DNA of 59,826 nucleotides from Dehalococcoidia bacterium (GCA_009692945.1 SHYD01000005.1:1-59826); one strand, 5' to 3'; positions 1 to 8,269 are shown, counted from the stretch's first letter. Numbers and translations: made by a program. Notes: generated by a model from the letters alone, not told the origin.

Positions 1-104
1 AAGTGGGCAGCGGTCCGCCGCTGTCCATCTTGTCCACCACCCCTGCATCCCCGCCCCGGCCACCTAAACCCGGGCCAGGCCACGTCTGGCGTCTTAAGCC
101 AAAA

Positions 105-164
105 GGACAGAATCACTGATGGCTATAGCGGACAGATTCACTGATGGTCGACAGTCAGACATGG
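105..164 (+). promoter_or_regulatory. Direct repeats GGACAGAWTCACTGATGG (2 good copies, 25-bp period, plus a degenerate third); possible operator upstream of AbrB-like ORF
   Basis: 18-mer at 105-122 recurs at 130-147 with one mismatch; weaker GACAGTCAGACATGG at 150-164. Confidence 0.3.
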
Positions 165-263
165 AGCGAAATCGGAGTGGTCGCCGCGGCCCCCGGCTGA
201 CTATCAGTAGCGCGCGGATGAAAGTTGATGTTCCTACCGCCCTATTACTGGAGGCAGGAACTG

Positions 264-513
264 ATGAACCCGACGGAACGAATCGAGCTCAGGAAAGCGC
301 CTGGGGATCAAGAAGGGTGACCTTGTCGCCGTCACGGAAACACCGGAGGGCCTCCTCATCACCCCCCAAGAAGTGCTGGCCAGCAGCGCGCTGGACAGAA
401 TCGGCGCAGCCCTGCGGGAGCAAGGGCTCTCGTTGGACGAGCTGATCGAGTCGGGCCGTGAGGAGCGCGGCCGGATCATCGAGGAGAAGTATCGCATCAA
501 GGCTGGCCAGTGA
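264..513 (+). pseudogene. AbrB/MazE (SpoVT-AbrB) type antitoxin-like gene, apparent frameshift near 5' end
   Basis: Frame ending TGA 511-513 reads KRLGIKKGDLVAVTETPEGLLITPQE... but has no start codon; ATG 264 opens MNPTERIELRK in a neighbouring frame; frames meet at AGGAAAGCG (291-299). Confidence 0.5.
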
Positions 514-584
514 GAGCATCCGAGTCTTCGTTGACTCGAGCGTGCTCATGGCGGCGACTCCGGTCTGTAGATGGGGTATGCTAA

Positions 585-956
585 AATACGTATATAACCC
601 AACCCGATTGGCCGTACGAATACTACGTGGATGACCATGGAGTCGCACCCGTCGCCGAATTCTTGGACGAGATCGATTGAAAGGCGCTTGCTCGCTTTCG
701 TTGGTCGTTGGAGCAACTGCGGGTGCAGAACGTATTCGCCAGCTTTCCGTTGGTCCGGCACGTGGAGGGCGACCTCTGGGAGCTGCGAGAGGAGAGCACC
801 ACGAACATCTACCGGATCATCTACTTCTTCTTTTCCGGGCGCCGCATCGTCTTGCTCCATGGCTTTCAGAAGAAGGGACAGAAGTTGCCGCAGCGAGAAC
901 TGGCAGTGGCGCGTAGCAGGTTTGTGAGGTTCCTGGAACGAGAGGGGAGGCGATAA
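585..956 (+). pseudogene. HigB/Gp49-like (RelE/ParE superfamily) toxin with in-frame TGA and no canonical start
   Basis: Reads WPYEYYVDDHGVAPVAEFLDEID-TGA(678-680)-KALARF...GDLWELRE...YRIIYFFFSGRRIVLLHGFQKKGQKLP, typical Gp49 motifs; only the 708-956 part is an intact ORF. Confidence 0.6.
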
Positions 957-958
957 CT

Positions 959-1273
959 ATGATCACGCAAGCCAAGCGAGACTACGTTGCCGAGGGCCGG
1001 CGCGCCTATGAGGAAGAAGCCGCGAAGAAGGACCTATGGTGGCAGATGGTGGACGCCCGGCAGGAGTTGGGGCTGACCCAGGAACAGATGGCCCAGCGGT
1101 TGGGTGTGTCTCAGGCGCAGGTGGCCCGCATCGAGAAGCGGGGCTACGAGGCGCACACCCTGAGCACGCTGCGCCGGTACGTCATGGCGCTCGGGGATGA
1201 CTTTGAGTTGGTGGTAGCGGTCCGCAAGCGGGTGCGACCGGAAGTCAGCGAGGCGGTTGCCCAGGCGGGTTAG
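959..1273 (+). CDS. XRE-family HTH antitoxin (HigA-like)
   Basis: ORF 959-1273; LGLTQEQMAQRLGVSQAQVARIEKRG HTH motif; starts 3 nt after the Gp49-like toxin stop. Confidence 0.8.
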   Translation: MITQAKRDYVAEGRRAYEEEAAKKDLWWQMVDARQELGLTQEQMAQRLGVSQAQVARIEKRGYEAHTLSTLRRYVMALGDDFELVVAVRKRVRPEVSEAVAQAG

Positions 1274-1384
1274 GAACAATTCGTCCGGTCATTACCCACA
1301 TCACGGTGGTGAGGGCTGGCCGGTGTGCTGAGACGCCGGGTGGTAGGGGCACGTCCTCATCGACGCCAAAGGACCAAGGTTCGC

Positions 1385-1669
1385 TCAGGCATGCACCTCT
1401 CCCGATGCCACGACGAGAGCGGCATGCCCCAGAGCCGCTCGGACATCATCGAGGGTGAGGTCGCACTCTTGGGCGACCTCCTCCATCGTCAGGCCACCGG
1501 CTAGGTTCCCGATGACCAACTCCACCGGGACACAGGCGCCCTGAATGACCGGTCTGCCGAAACGCAACGGGCGCTCCCGATCCCATGGCCAACAATCCCA
1601 TGGCGGAGAATTGACAGCGCTCGCCCCTCGGGCTAACGTAGGCCAAAATCGCCTCCATCCACCCGCCAT
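1385..1669 (-). CDS. DUF433 domain protein (orphan antitoxin-like)
   Basis: GRPVIQGACVPVELVIGNLAGGLTMEEVAQECDLTLDDVRAALGHA matches DUF433 pattern; start uncertain. Confidence 0.6.
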   Translation of the reverse strand: MAGGWRRFWPTLARGASAVNSPPWDCWPWDRERPLRFGRPVIQGACVPVELVIGNLAGGLTMEEVAQECDLTLDDVRAALGHAALVVASGEVHA

Positions 1670-1688
1670 CTAGAATCGAGGGAGCGCA

Positions 1689-3428
1689 GTGTCCTTGCCG
1701 TTAGACCCCATCACACTGGAAGTCCTGCTCAGCCGGCTGCAGGAGATCGTCGCGACCATGGAGCACCTGCTGTTCCACAGCGGCTACTCAACCATCCTGC
1801 GCGAGTCCTACGACGGCAGCGCCGGCATCACCGACCGCCGCGGCCACCCCGTCATCGGCTCGGGCATGCCCGGCCACCTGCCCCCCTACCACATCACCGT
1901 CCAGGGGGTGTTGAACCAGTACGCGATCGAGGAGATGCGGGACGGCGACAGCTTCGTGATGAACGACCCCTACTGGGGCGGCACCGCCCACTCGCCGGAC
2001 CTGGCCATCGTGACCCCGGTTTTCTGGGACGGGACAGTCGTCGCCTTCTGCGTCAGCATCGCCCATAAGCCGGATATCGGCGGCATGGTGCCAGGCTCGG
2101 CCGCAGCAGCGGCGCGTGAAGTGTATCACGAGGGGCTGCTGCTGCCCGGGGTGCGGTACTGGGCCAGCGACGGTATCGTTCCCGAGATCGACGCCATCAT
2201 CCGCCGCAACAGCCGCCAGCCCGAGGTGATCTCGGGCGACCTGCGGGCGCAGGTGGGCTGCACCAAGACCGGCGGCGTCAAGCTGACGGAGCTGTGCCAG
2301 GAGTACGGCGGCGCCACCATTTTGGAGGTGTTGCAGACGCTGCAGGACCTCTCGGAGCGGCGAGTGCGGCGCGGGCTGGCCGGGTGGCCCGACGGCGAGG
2401 CCGAGGGCGAGATCCAACTCGCGCCCGATGGCGTGGTCACCGACACGGTGGTGCGGTTCAACGTGCGGGTGATCAAAGCCGGGGAGAACATTACCTTCGA
2501 TTTCAGCGGGTGCAGCCCCTCCTTCCGCGGTCCTCAGAACCTGCGGCCGCAGTCGGCCGAAGCCGCCGCCATGCTGGCGCTGGTGTCCTACGTCGACCCC
2601 ACCATCCCCATCAACTACGGTTGTCGCCGGCCCATCAGCTTCGTGTTCCCAGAGGGGAGCGTGGTGAACCCACGCTTCCCCACCCCGGTGGGGTCGTACT
2701 TCGCCAGCACGGTCATGCTGTACAGCGCCATCCTCAAGGCGCTGGCGCGCTTCAACCCGCCTCGGGCGGTGGCGTCGATGGGGTTCGGCACCAGCGGCCC
2801 CGGCTTGGGGTACCGGGAGGGCCGGGCAGGCAAGCCCTCGGTGCAGTACGAGATATTAGTACCCTCCATGGGCGCCAGTTCCGGCGCCGACGGCGCCTTT
2901 GTGGTGACCCCCATGGGCCACATCACCCCCAACACTCCGGTCGAGATCTTGGAGACGGAGTTCCCGGTGCGGGTGGAGCGCTTCGAACCCCGCATCGATT
3001 CGGCCGGCCCCGGCTACAACCGCGGCGGGCTGGGCTACCGTAAGCAGTACCGCACCCTGACCGACGCCGTGCTCAACTTCCGGCGGATGCGGGCGCACGG
3101 GGTGTGGGGCGTGTTCGGCGGTGGCGCGCCCGCCGAACCGGTGTGCTCGGTGAACACCGGCACCGAGGCCGAGGAGCGGCTGGCCTTCCCGGTGACGCGC
3201 GACCTGCCCGCGGGCCATACGGTGGAGTACCAGGGCCAGGGCGGCGGCGGCTACGGCGACCCCCTCACCCGTGAACCGGCGCGGGTGCTCGAAGATGTGC
3301 TCAACGGGTACGTCTCGGTCGAAGCGGCGGCCAGCGATTACGGCGTCGCCATCGACCTCGCCCGTTGGGCGGTGGACGAGTCAGCCACCGCACGTTTGCG
3401 GCAGCGCGCGCCGGTGGGGGTGGGGTAG
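1689..3428 (+). CDS. Hydantoinase B/oxoprolinase family protein (HyuB-like)
   Basis: 579-aa ORF, N-terminal DPITLEVLLSRLQEIVATMEHLLFHSGYSTILRESYDGSAGITD typical of the family; no HyuA partner nearby. Confidence 0.85.
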   Translation: MSLPLDPITLEVLLSRLQEIVATMEHLLFHSGYSTILRESYDGSAGITDRRGHPVIGSGMPGHLPPYHITVQGVLNQYAIEEMRDGDSFVMNDPYWGGTAHSPDLAIVTPVFWDGTVVAFCVSIAHKPDIGGMVPGSAAAAAREVYHEGLLLPGVRYWASDGIVPEIDAIIRRNSRQPEVISGDLRAQVGCTKTGGVKLTELCQEYGGATILEVLQTLQDLSERRVRRGLAGWPDGEAEGEIQLAPDGVVTDTVVRFNVRVIKAGENITFDFSGCSPSFRGPQNLRPQSAEAAAMLALVSYVDPTIPINYGCRRPISFVFPEGSVVNPRFPTPVGSYFASTVMLYSAILKALARFNPPRAVASMGFGTSGPGLGYREGRAGKPSVQYEILVPSMGASSGADGAFVVTPMGHITPNTPVEILETEFPVRVERFEPRIDSAGPGYNRGGLGYRKQYRTLTDAVLNFRRMRAHGVWGVFGGGAPAEPVCSVNTGTEAEERLAFPVTRDLPAGHTVEYQGQGGGGYGDPLTREPARVLEDVLNGYVSVEAAASDYGVAIDLARWAVDESATARLRQRAPVGVG

Positions 3429-3487
3429 GGGGAGGAGCGCGTTACCGAAAGCACCGGACGTGGAAGGCAAAGAGACAGGAGGAAGCG

Positions 3488-3919
3488 ATGTTCCCAAGTC
3501 TGGCGACCATCGGCCCGAATGACCGCCGCGATTTCCACATCAACCCCGGCGAGATCTTTCTGATGCCGGGAGGAGTGCCCCATTCGCCGCGGCGGGGCGA
3601 GGGATGCTGGACGCTGGTGGTGGAACGGCAGCCCCACCCCGGGGAGGTGAACTACTACCTGTATTATTGCGACCAGTGCAGCGCCAAGCTGCGCGAGTGG
3701 CCCCGGGCCTACGGGGAACCGATGCCTCGCCCTGAGGAGCTGGCAGCCGAATTCAAGACCGACCCCGCTCTGCGGACCTGCAAAACCTGCGGATTTATCA
3801 ACGAAGGTGTGAGGCGGGCGCCCGAGCCTCCGGGCAAGTTACTGGCGCCGTCCCACGGTGCAAGTCAGCGGCGTAGTTGCCTCAGTTCTGAGTCAAGCGG
3901 TCGAACCGGCACCACATAA
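3488..3919 (+). CDS. Shortened 3-hydroxyanthranilate 3,4-dioxygenase-like cupin (mini-HAO, possibly degenerate)
   Basis: AGGAGGA RBS then ATG 3488; DFHINPGE...IFLMPGGVPHSPRR...VVERQ...YYCDQC...CKTCG resembles HAO but lacks the N-terminal ~35 aa and ~30 internal aa. Confidence 0.5.
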   Translation: MFPSLATIGPNDRRDFHINPGEIFLMPGGVPHSPRRGEGCWTLVVERQPHPGEVNYYLYYCDQCSAKLREWPRAYGEPMPRPEELAAEFKTDPALRTCKTCGFINEGVRRAPEPPGKLLAPSHGASQRRSCLSSESSGRTGTT

Positions 3920-4149
3920 ATAGGGATCCCCTCGTCAACCTGCATCTCGACCATCCGTTCAAGCACGATGTCAAGCACTTCGGTGGTGTCCTCAACATCG
4001 ACGGTGACGGTGAGATTCACACCTTCGGGGTCTTCGCCATGGCAAACCTCGAATAGGGCGTCGGGATGGACGGCCAGCAGCATAGTCTGGAGTTCAGCGA
4101 TGGCTTGCATCGTTCTGGCGTCGGCAAATTGGGTCGATTCGGTGCTCAT
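3865..4149 (-). CDS. Hypothetical small acidic protein
   Basis: 94-aa ORF, start overlaps stop of upstream HEPN-like ORF (ATGA at 4149); no family recognised. Confidence 0.4.
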   Translation of the reverse strand: MSTESTQFADARTMQAIAELQTMLLAVHPDALFEVCHGEDPEGVNLTVTVDVEDTTEVLDIVLERMVEMQVDEGIPIYVVPVRPLDSELRQLRR

Positions 4150-4394
4150 TAGGCTCCTTCCTCTCGCGCTACTTCAGCGACGAAATCTCGCGTCGAAATC
4201 AGCCCCCTCAGCGCTTCCCGCTGGGATACATGGGTTGTTCGATAATCGCCTTGTTGCCTGAGCGCCAAGGTGCTCGCGAGAGTGGTCCGCAGGATTGCTG
4301 GATATCGTTTACGGCGATGTACTAACTGTCCGACGCATTGAGATTGCACGAACGCGTGGCTCCATTGACCGGTGGTCGCGACCCCGTGTCGCAT
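4149..4394 (-). CDS. HEPN-domain-like protein, probably truncated
   Basis: C-terminal LRQQGDYRTTHVSQREALRGLISTRDFVAEV resembles the HEPN R-x-x-DY ... helix pattern; only 81 aa. Confidence 0.35.
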   Translation of the reverse strand: MRHGVATTGQWSHAFVQSQCVGQLVHRRKRYPAILRTTLASTLALRQQGDYRTTHVSQREALRGLISTRDFVAEVAREEGA

Positions 4395-4600
4395 TAAGGC
4401 CCCTACCGCGGCTTGGAAACACGCGTAGTAGCAGCGATTGGCTCAATTGTTGTAACGCCCATTTGCATACTCGCTTTCGGACCCTTCAAGGCTCTCGACG
4501 GCTTTAGTTCTATAGAGTGTATGGTGATCTGCCACGAAACCCCATCCGCATGGTAGCACCGATAGTTTGGTTGCCGTACCCGCTGGATTGAGCGGGGCTG

Positions 4601-5296
4601 GTGGTCACCATTTCCCAAGCCATGCCCTCCCCCACCCCTGATTACGAGTCCGCCCGCCGCCGCACGGTGGCGCTCATCGCTGAGACCGTGAGCGACCAGC
4701 GGGTGCTCGATGCCATGGGCCGGGTGCCGCGCGAGCGCTTCGTGCCGCCGGGCACGGAGCACCTGGCCTACGAGGATGGGCCGCTCCCCATCGGCGCCGG
4801 GCAGACCATCTCCCAGCCGCTGATCGTGGCGATGATGACCGAGGCGCTGGAGTTGCGGGGCGCCGAACGGGTGCTGGAGGTGGGTGCCGGCAGTGGCTAC
4901 CAGGCGGCAGTGCTCAGCCTGCTGGCTGCCCGGGTGGTGACGGTGGAGCGGGTCCCGGGCCTGGCCCGAAGTGCGGCGACCCGGCTGGCGGCGCTGGGCT
5001 ATGCCAACGTCGAGGTACACGAAGCTGACGGCGGTGTGCTCGGCTGGCCCGCCGCCGCGCCCTACGACGCGATCATCGTGGCTGCGGCGGGGCCGCAGGC
5101 GCCGCCGTCGCTGGTGGCGCAACTGGGCCCCACCGGCCGGCTGGTGATGCCGGTCGGGGGTCCCACCGAGCAGGAACTGCTGGTGTTTTGGCGCGAGGGC
5201 GGGCGCCTGCGGCCCCGTTCCCTCGGGCCGTGCCGTTTCGTCCCCCTTATCGGGGACGAGGCCTGGATGCAGGACCCCCTTGAGGGGCTGCGCTGA
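4601..5296 (+). CDS. pcm: Protein-L-isoaspartate O-methyltransferase
   Basis: RERFVP...GQTISQPLIVAMMTEAL...VLEVGAGSGYQAAVLS motifs; 231 aa. Confidence 0.9.
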   Translation: MVTISQAMPSPTPDYESARRRTVALIAETVSDQRVLDAMGRVPRERFVPPGTEHLAYEDGPLPIGAGQTISQPLIVAMMTEALELRGAERVLEVGAGSGYQAAVLSLLAARVVTVERVPGLARSAATRLAALGYANVEVHEADGGVLGWPAAAPYDAIIVAAAGPQAPPSLVAQLGPTGRLVMPVGGPTEQELLVFWREGGRLRPRSLGPCRFVPLIGDEAWMQDPLEGLR

Positions 5297-5744
5297 ACGT
5301 CTTCGCCTTCAACTCGTCGATGAGCCGCGACGCCTGTTGTTTGCTCAACTGAGTGGTTGGCATCCCCAACGCCTGGCTCACCCGGCGGTCGATCTCCGCC
5401 TCGTCCCATTCGTAGTCGTGGCGGGCGATCGCGTGGATTGCCTTGACCTGCGCCTCGGTGGCGGTTCCCGACCCCGCCCGCGGCGTCCGGCCGGTCCGCG
5501 GCTCGGGCATGGACACCGGCGCGTCCACCACGTAGCTCTCCGCCTCCTCCCGGAACGCGAAATCCTCGCAGAACTGGGTACCGTAGCCCAGCGCGTAGCC
5601 CTCGCGGTGCTCTACCAGGTCGGTCTGGATGGCGGCCTCGGGATGCTCCGTCCTCAGCCAGAGCAGCCGCCACTTCACCTTCAGGTAGTCGCGCCCCTCG
5701 ACCCGGGTCAGGTATTTGCTGGCGTCGAACCCCTTCTCAGCCAT
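5247..5744 (-). CDS. Hypothetical protein, phage-like (possible remnant)
   Basis: Likely start MAEKGF (5744); DYLKVKWRLLWLRTEHPEAAIQTDLV and ALGYGTQF motifs recall a phage ssDNA-associated family; C-terminal QLSKQQASRLIDELK. Confidence 0.45.
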   Translation of the reverse strand: MAEKGFDASKYLTRVEGRDYLKVKWRLLWLRTEHPEAAIQTDLVEHREGYALGYGTQFCEDFAFREEAESYVVDAPVSMPEPRTGRTPRAGSGTATEAQVKAIHAIARHDYEWDEAEIDRRVSQALGMPTTQLSKQQASRLIDELKAKTFSAAPQGGPASRPRPR

Positions 5745-5881
5745 GCGGCGCCGCCAGTCATCGACAATTTTTGGATAACCGTATAGTAGCAGCAATGGCG
5801 TTAGCCCTGGTGCAAGGGCAGACTCTTTAGCGGCGAGGGCGCATAATATCGTATGCATCTAGGTATGACAGGAGGACGCCC

Positions 5882-6145
5882 ATGAAAACCAGCCGCATTA
5901 CCATCAGTCTCCCTGCCCCGCTCGTCGACGCGCTGGACCACCGGCTCGCCCACGAGGAAGAGAGCCGCAGCGCCGTGGTGCGCCGCATCCTGGAGCAGGC
6001 GCTCAAGGACGCTGAGGAGAAAGAACAGATCGAGCAGTGGATCCGCGGCTACACCGAACATCCGCAGACCGAAGAGGAGTTTGGGTGGTCCGACTATGTC
6101 ACGGTGGAAGCGCTGAAGGAGATCCCCTGGGAGAGCAAATCGTGA
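5882..6145 (+). CDS. Ribbon-helix-helix (CopG family) antitoxin
   Basis: MKTSRITISLPAPLVDALDHRL...SRSAVVRRILEQAL is a classic RHH N-terminus; stop overlaps toxin start. Confidence 0.8.
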   Translation: MKTSRITISLPAPLVDALDHRLAHEEESRSAVVRRILEQALKDAEEKEQIEQWIRGYTEHPQTEEEFGWSDYVTVEALKEIPWESKS

Positions 6146-6462
6146 ACCGGGGTGAGGTCTGGTGGACCCTGCTACCTCCCCCGTGGCATCGCCGTCCGGT
6201 GGTGCTGCTTTCGCGGGACGAGGCGTACGGGCGCTTGACCTGGATCATCGCCGCCCCGTTAACCACTCGGCTGCGGGCCGTCCCGACCGCCGTCCGGGTT
6301 ACGCCGGATGAAGATGGCGTACCTGAAGTCAGTGTCGTCACACTGGACAACATGCATGCGGTTCGGGTCACCTGGGTGGAAAGCTTCATCACCCGGCTGT
6401 CCGACGAGCGGATGGCTGCGGTCGAGCGGGCCGCGCGCTTCGCGCTGGGCATGCGCGCCTGA
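6142..6462 (+). CDS. MazF/PemK family toxin (endoribonuclease)
   Basis: GTG 6142 overlapping antitoxin TGA; VNRGEVWWTLLPP...RRPVVLLSRD...IAAPLTT...VVTLDNMHAV pattern. Confidence 0.8.
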   Translation: MNRGEVWWTLLPPPWHRRPVVLLSRDEAYGRLTWIIAAPLTTRLRAVPTAVRVTPDEDGVPEVSVVTLDNMHAVRVTWVESFITRLSDERMAAVERAARFALGMRA

Positions 6463-6510
6463 GCAGCGGCTCTGCTATCATCTGCGCATCATCGATCCGG
6501 GGAACATCTC

Positions 6511-7959
6511 ATGCTGACTGAAGCCGTCATCAACGAACTGCGGAGCATCGTGGGCCGAGAGAACGTCCACGCCGGTCCCGCCGAATTGGTCGCGTACTCC
6601 TTCGACGCCACCTTTCCGCAGCACCCACCCGATGTGGCAGTGACCCCCGCCAGCACCGATGAGGTCTCCCGCATCATGAAGCTGGCCAACCGGGAGAGGC
6701 TGCCCGTCATCTCCCGCGGCGCCGGGACCAGCCTCTCGGGCGGCGTCATCCCCCTCACCGGCGGCATCGTCATGGCCCTCACCCGGATGAACCGCATCCT
6801 CGAGATCGACCACGTCAACTCCTGCGCGTTGGTGGAGGCGGGGGTGATCACGGGGGAGTTCCAAACCCGGGTGGAGAAGGAGGGTCTGTTCTACCCTCCC
6901 GACCCCTCGAGCCTGGCCCAGTGTACCCTGGGCGGCAACGTGGCCTGCTGCTCCGGCGGTCCCCGCTGCCTCAAGTACGGCGTCACCAAGGACTACGTGC
7001 TGGGCCTCACCATCGTGCTGGCGGACGGCCAGGTGCTGGAGTGGGGCGGCAAACTGATGAAGAATGTGACCGGCTACAACCTCGCACAACTGTTCATCGG
7101 CTCCGAGGGAACCCTGGGTACGGTGACCCAGATGATCCTGCGCCTGGTGCCCCTCCCCAAGTTCCGCAGCACCGCGGCGGCGTTCTTCCCGAAGCTGACC
7201 GATGCCACCAATGCGGTGGTGGGCATCCTCAGCGAGGGGATCCTGCCCGCCACCCTGGAGATCATGGACCAACTCACCATCAACGTGGTGGAGCAGTACG
7301 CGCAGATCGGGCTGCTCACCGACGTCGAGGCGCTGCTGATCCTCGAGCAGGACGGCAACGACCAGGGGGCGGTGCAGCGGGAGGTGGAGGTGATGGCCGA
7401 GGTGTGCCGCCGTTTCGGCGCCTCGGAGGTGCGGGTGGCCAAGGACGCGGCCGAGCGGGACCAGCTCTGGCGGGCTCGGCGCTCCATCTCCGGCGCGCTG
7501 GGGCGCTACCGTCCCAGCAAGCTGGGCGAGGATATCGTGGTGCCGCGCGGGCAGATCCCGGCCATGGTGGCGCGCGTGAAAGAGATCGGCCAGCAGCACG
7601 GCCTCGCCATCCCGGTGTTCGGCCACGCGGGCGACGGGAACCTCCACCCCAACATCCTGTTCGATATGCGCAATCCGGGCGAACTCGAGCGCGTCCAGGC
7701 TGCTGCCGCCGACATCTTCCGCGCCGCCCTGGCGCTGGGGGGCACCCTCACCGGCGAGCATGGCATCGGCACCCTCAAGAAGGAGTTCCTGGAAGAGGCG
7801 CTGGGCCCGCTGGGAGTTCAGATCATGCGGGACATCAAGCAGGCGCTCGACCCCAAGGGTCTGCTGAACCCCGGCAAGATGTTCCCCACGCCCGGCGGCA
7901 GCGCCCTGGAGAGCTTCATCACGGCCCTGCCCACCCTCGAAGGGATGACGCCGGGATAG
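6511..7959 (+). CDS. FAD-linked oxidase (glycolate oxidase GlcD-like)
   Basis: 482 aa; FAD-binding PCMH-type N-terminus (VISRGAGTSLSGG) and C-terminal GEHGIG...K motif. Confidence 0.9.
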   Translation: MLTEAVINELRSIVGRENVHAGPAELVAYSFDATFPQHPPDVAVTPASTDEVSRIMKLANRERLPVISRGAGTSLSGGVIPLTGGIVMALTRMNRILEIDHVNSCALVEAGVITGEFQTRVEKEGLFYPPDPSSLAQCTLGGNVACCSGGPRCLKYGVTKDYVLGLTIVLADGQVLEWGGKLMKNVTGYNLAQLFIGSEGTLGTVTQMILRLVPLPKFRSTAAAFFPKLTDATNAVVGILSEGILPATLEIMDQLTINVVEQYAQIGLLTDVEALLILEQDGNDQGAVQREVEVMAEVCRRFGASEVRVAKDAAERDQLWRARRSISGALGRYRPSKLGEDIVVPRGQIPAMVARVKEIGQQHGLAIPVFGHAGDGNLHPNILFDMRNPGELERVQAAAADIFRAALALGGTLTGEHGIGTLKKEFLEEALGPLGVQIMRDIKQALDPKGLLNPGKMFPTPGGSALESFITALPTLEGMTPG

Positions 7960-7989
7960 GTGGCAGGGCGAATCGAGTGAGAGTTAGAG

Positions 7990-8260
7990 TTGAGGGGCTA
8001 TCGGGCTCAGGAGCGGGAGTGCACGAGGGCGGCGGCCCTCGGCCGGGGGCGTGGGGGTGCCCCCCACAGAGAATTTCTCTCTCTTTTACCGGGGCGGGGG
8101 AGTGGCTCACGCAAGCTGAATCCTGTGTCTGAATAGATACAGAACCGGGAGCGTGGAAACTTCTCGCCGGACTCGAAGCGTATCGTGTGCGGCCGCCGGC
8201 CCGGCATACTGTTCGAGCGCAGCGAGAACCTGCGCCTCGTAGCGAGACTTACGTTCAGGA
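7990..8260 (+). repeat. Family A REP/MITE-like element, long form (core + GAATAGATAC tail + F hairpin module)
   Basis: Core GGGAGTGCACGAGGGCggcgGCCCTCgGCCGGGGGCGTGGGGGTGCCCCCCACAGAGAATTTCTC at 8015-8080; tail 8110-8260 homologous to 39130-39300 (rc). Confidence 0.8.
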
Positions 8261-8269
8261 GCACCCCCA

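Noticed and set aside
678-680. TGA inside the Gp49-like toxin as selenocysteine or recoded sense codon
   Set aside because: TGA is used as an ordinary stop by many confident genes here. No SECIS-like hairpin is obvious downstream, and toxin inactivation is the simpler explanation.
6478-7761. 427-aa ORF on the minus strand
   Set aside because: It lies entirely antisense to the well-supported GlcD-like gene, and the sequence is Arg/Gly/His-rich low complexity typical of shadow ORFs in high-GC DNA. The same applies to 9564-10538(-), 12845-13987(+), 18688-19683(+), 33541-35322(-), 35341-36432(-), 39487-40275(-), 42632-43567(+), 43687-45027(+), 49457-50437(-), 51988-52911(-), 53695-54720(-) and 56728-58608(+).
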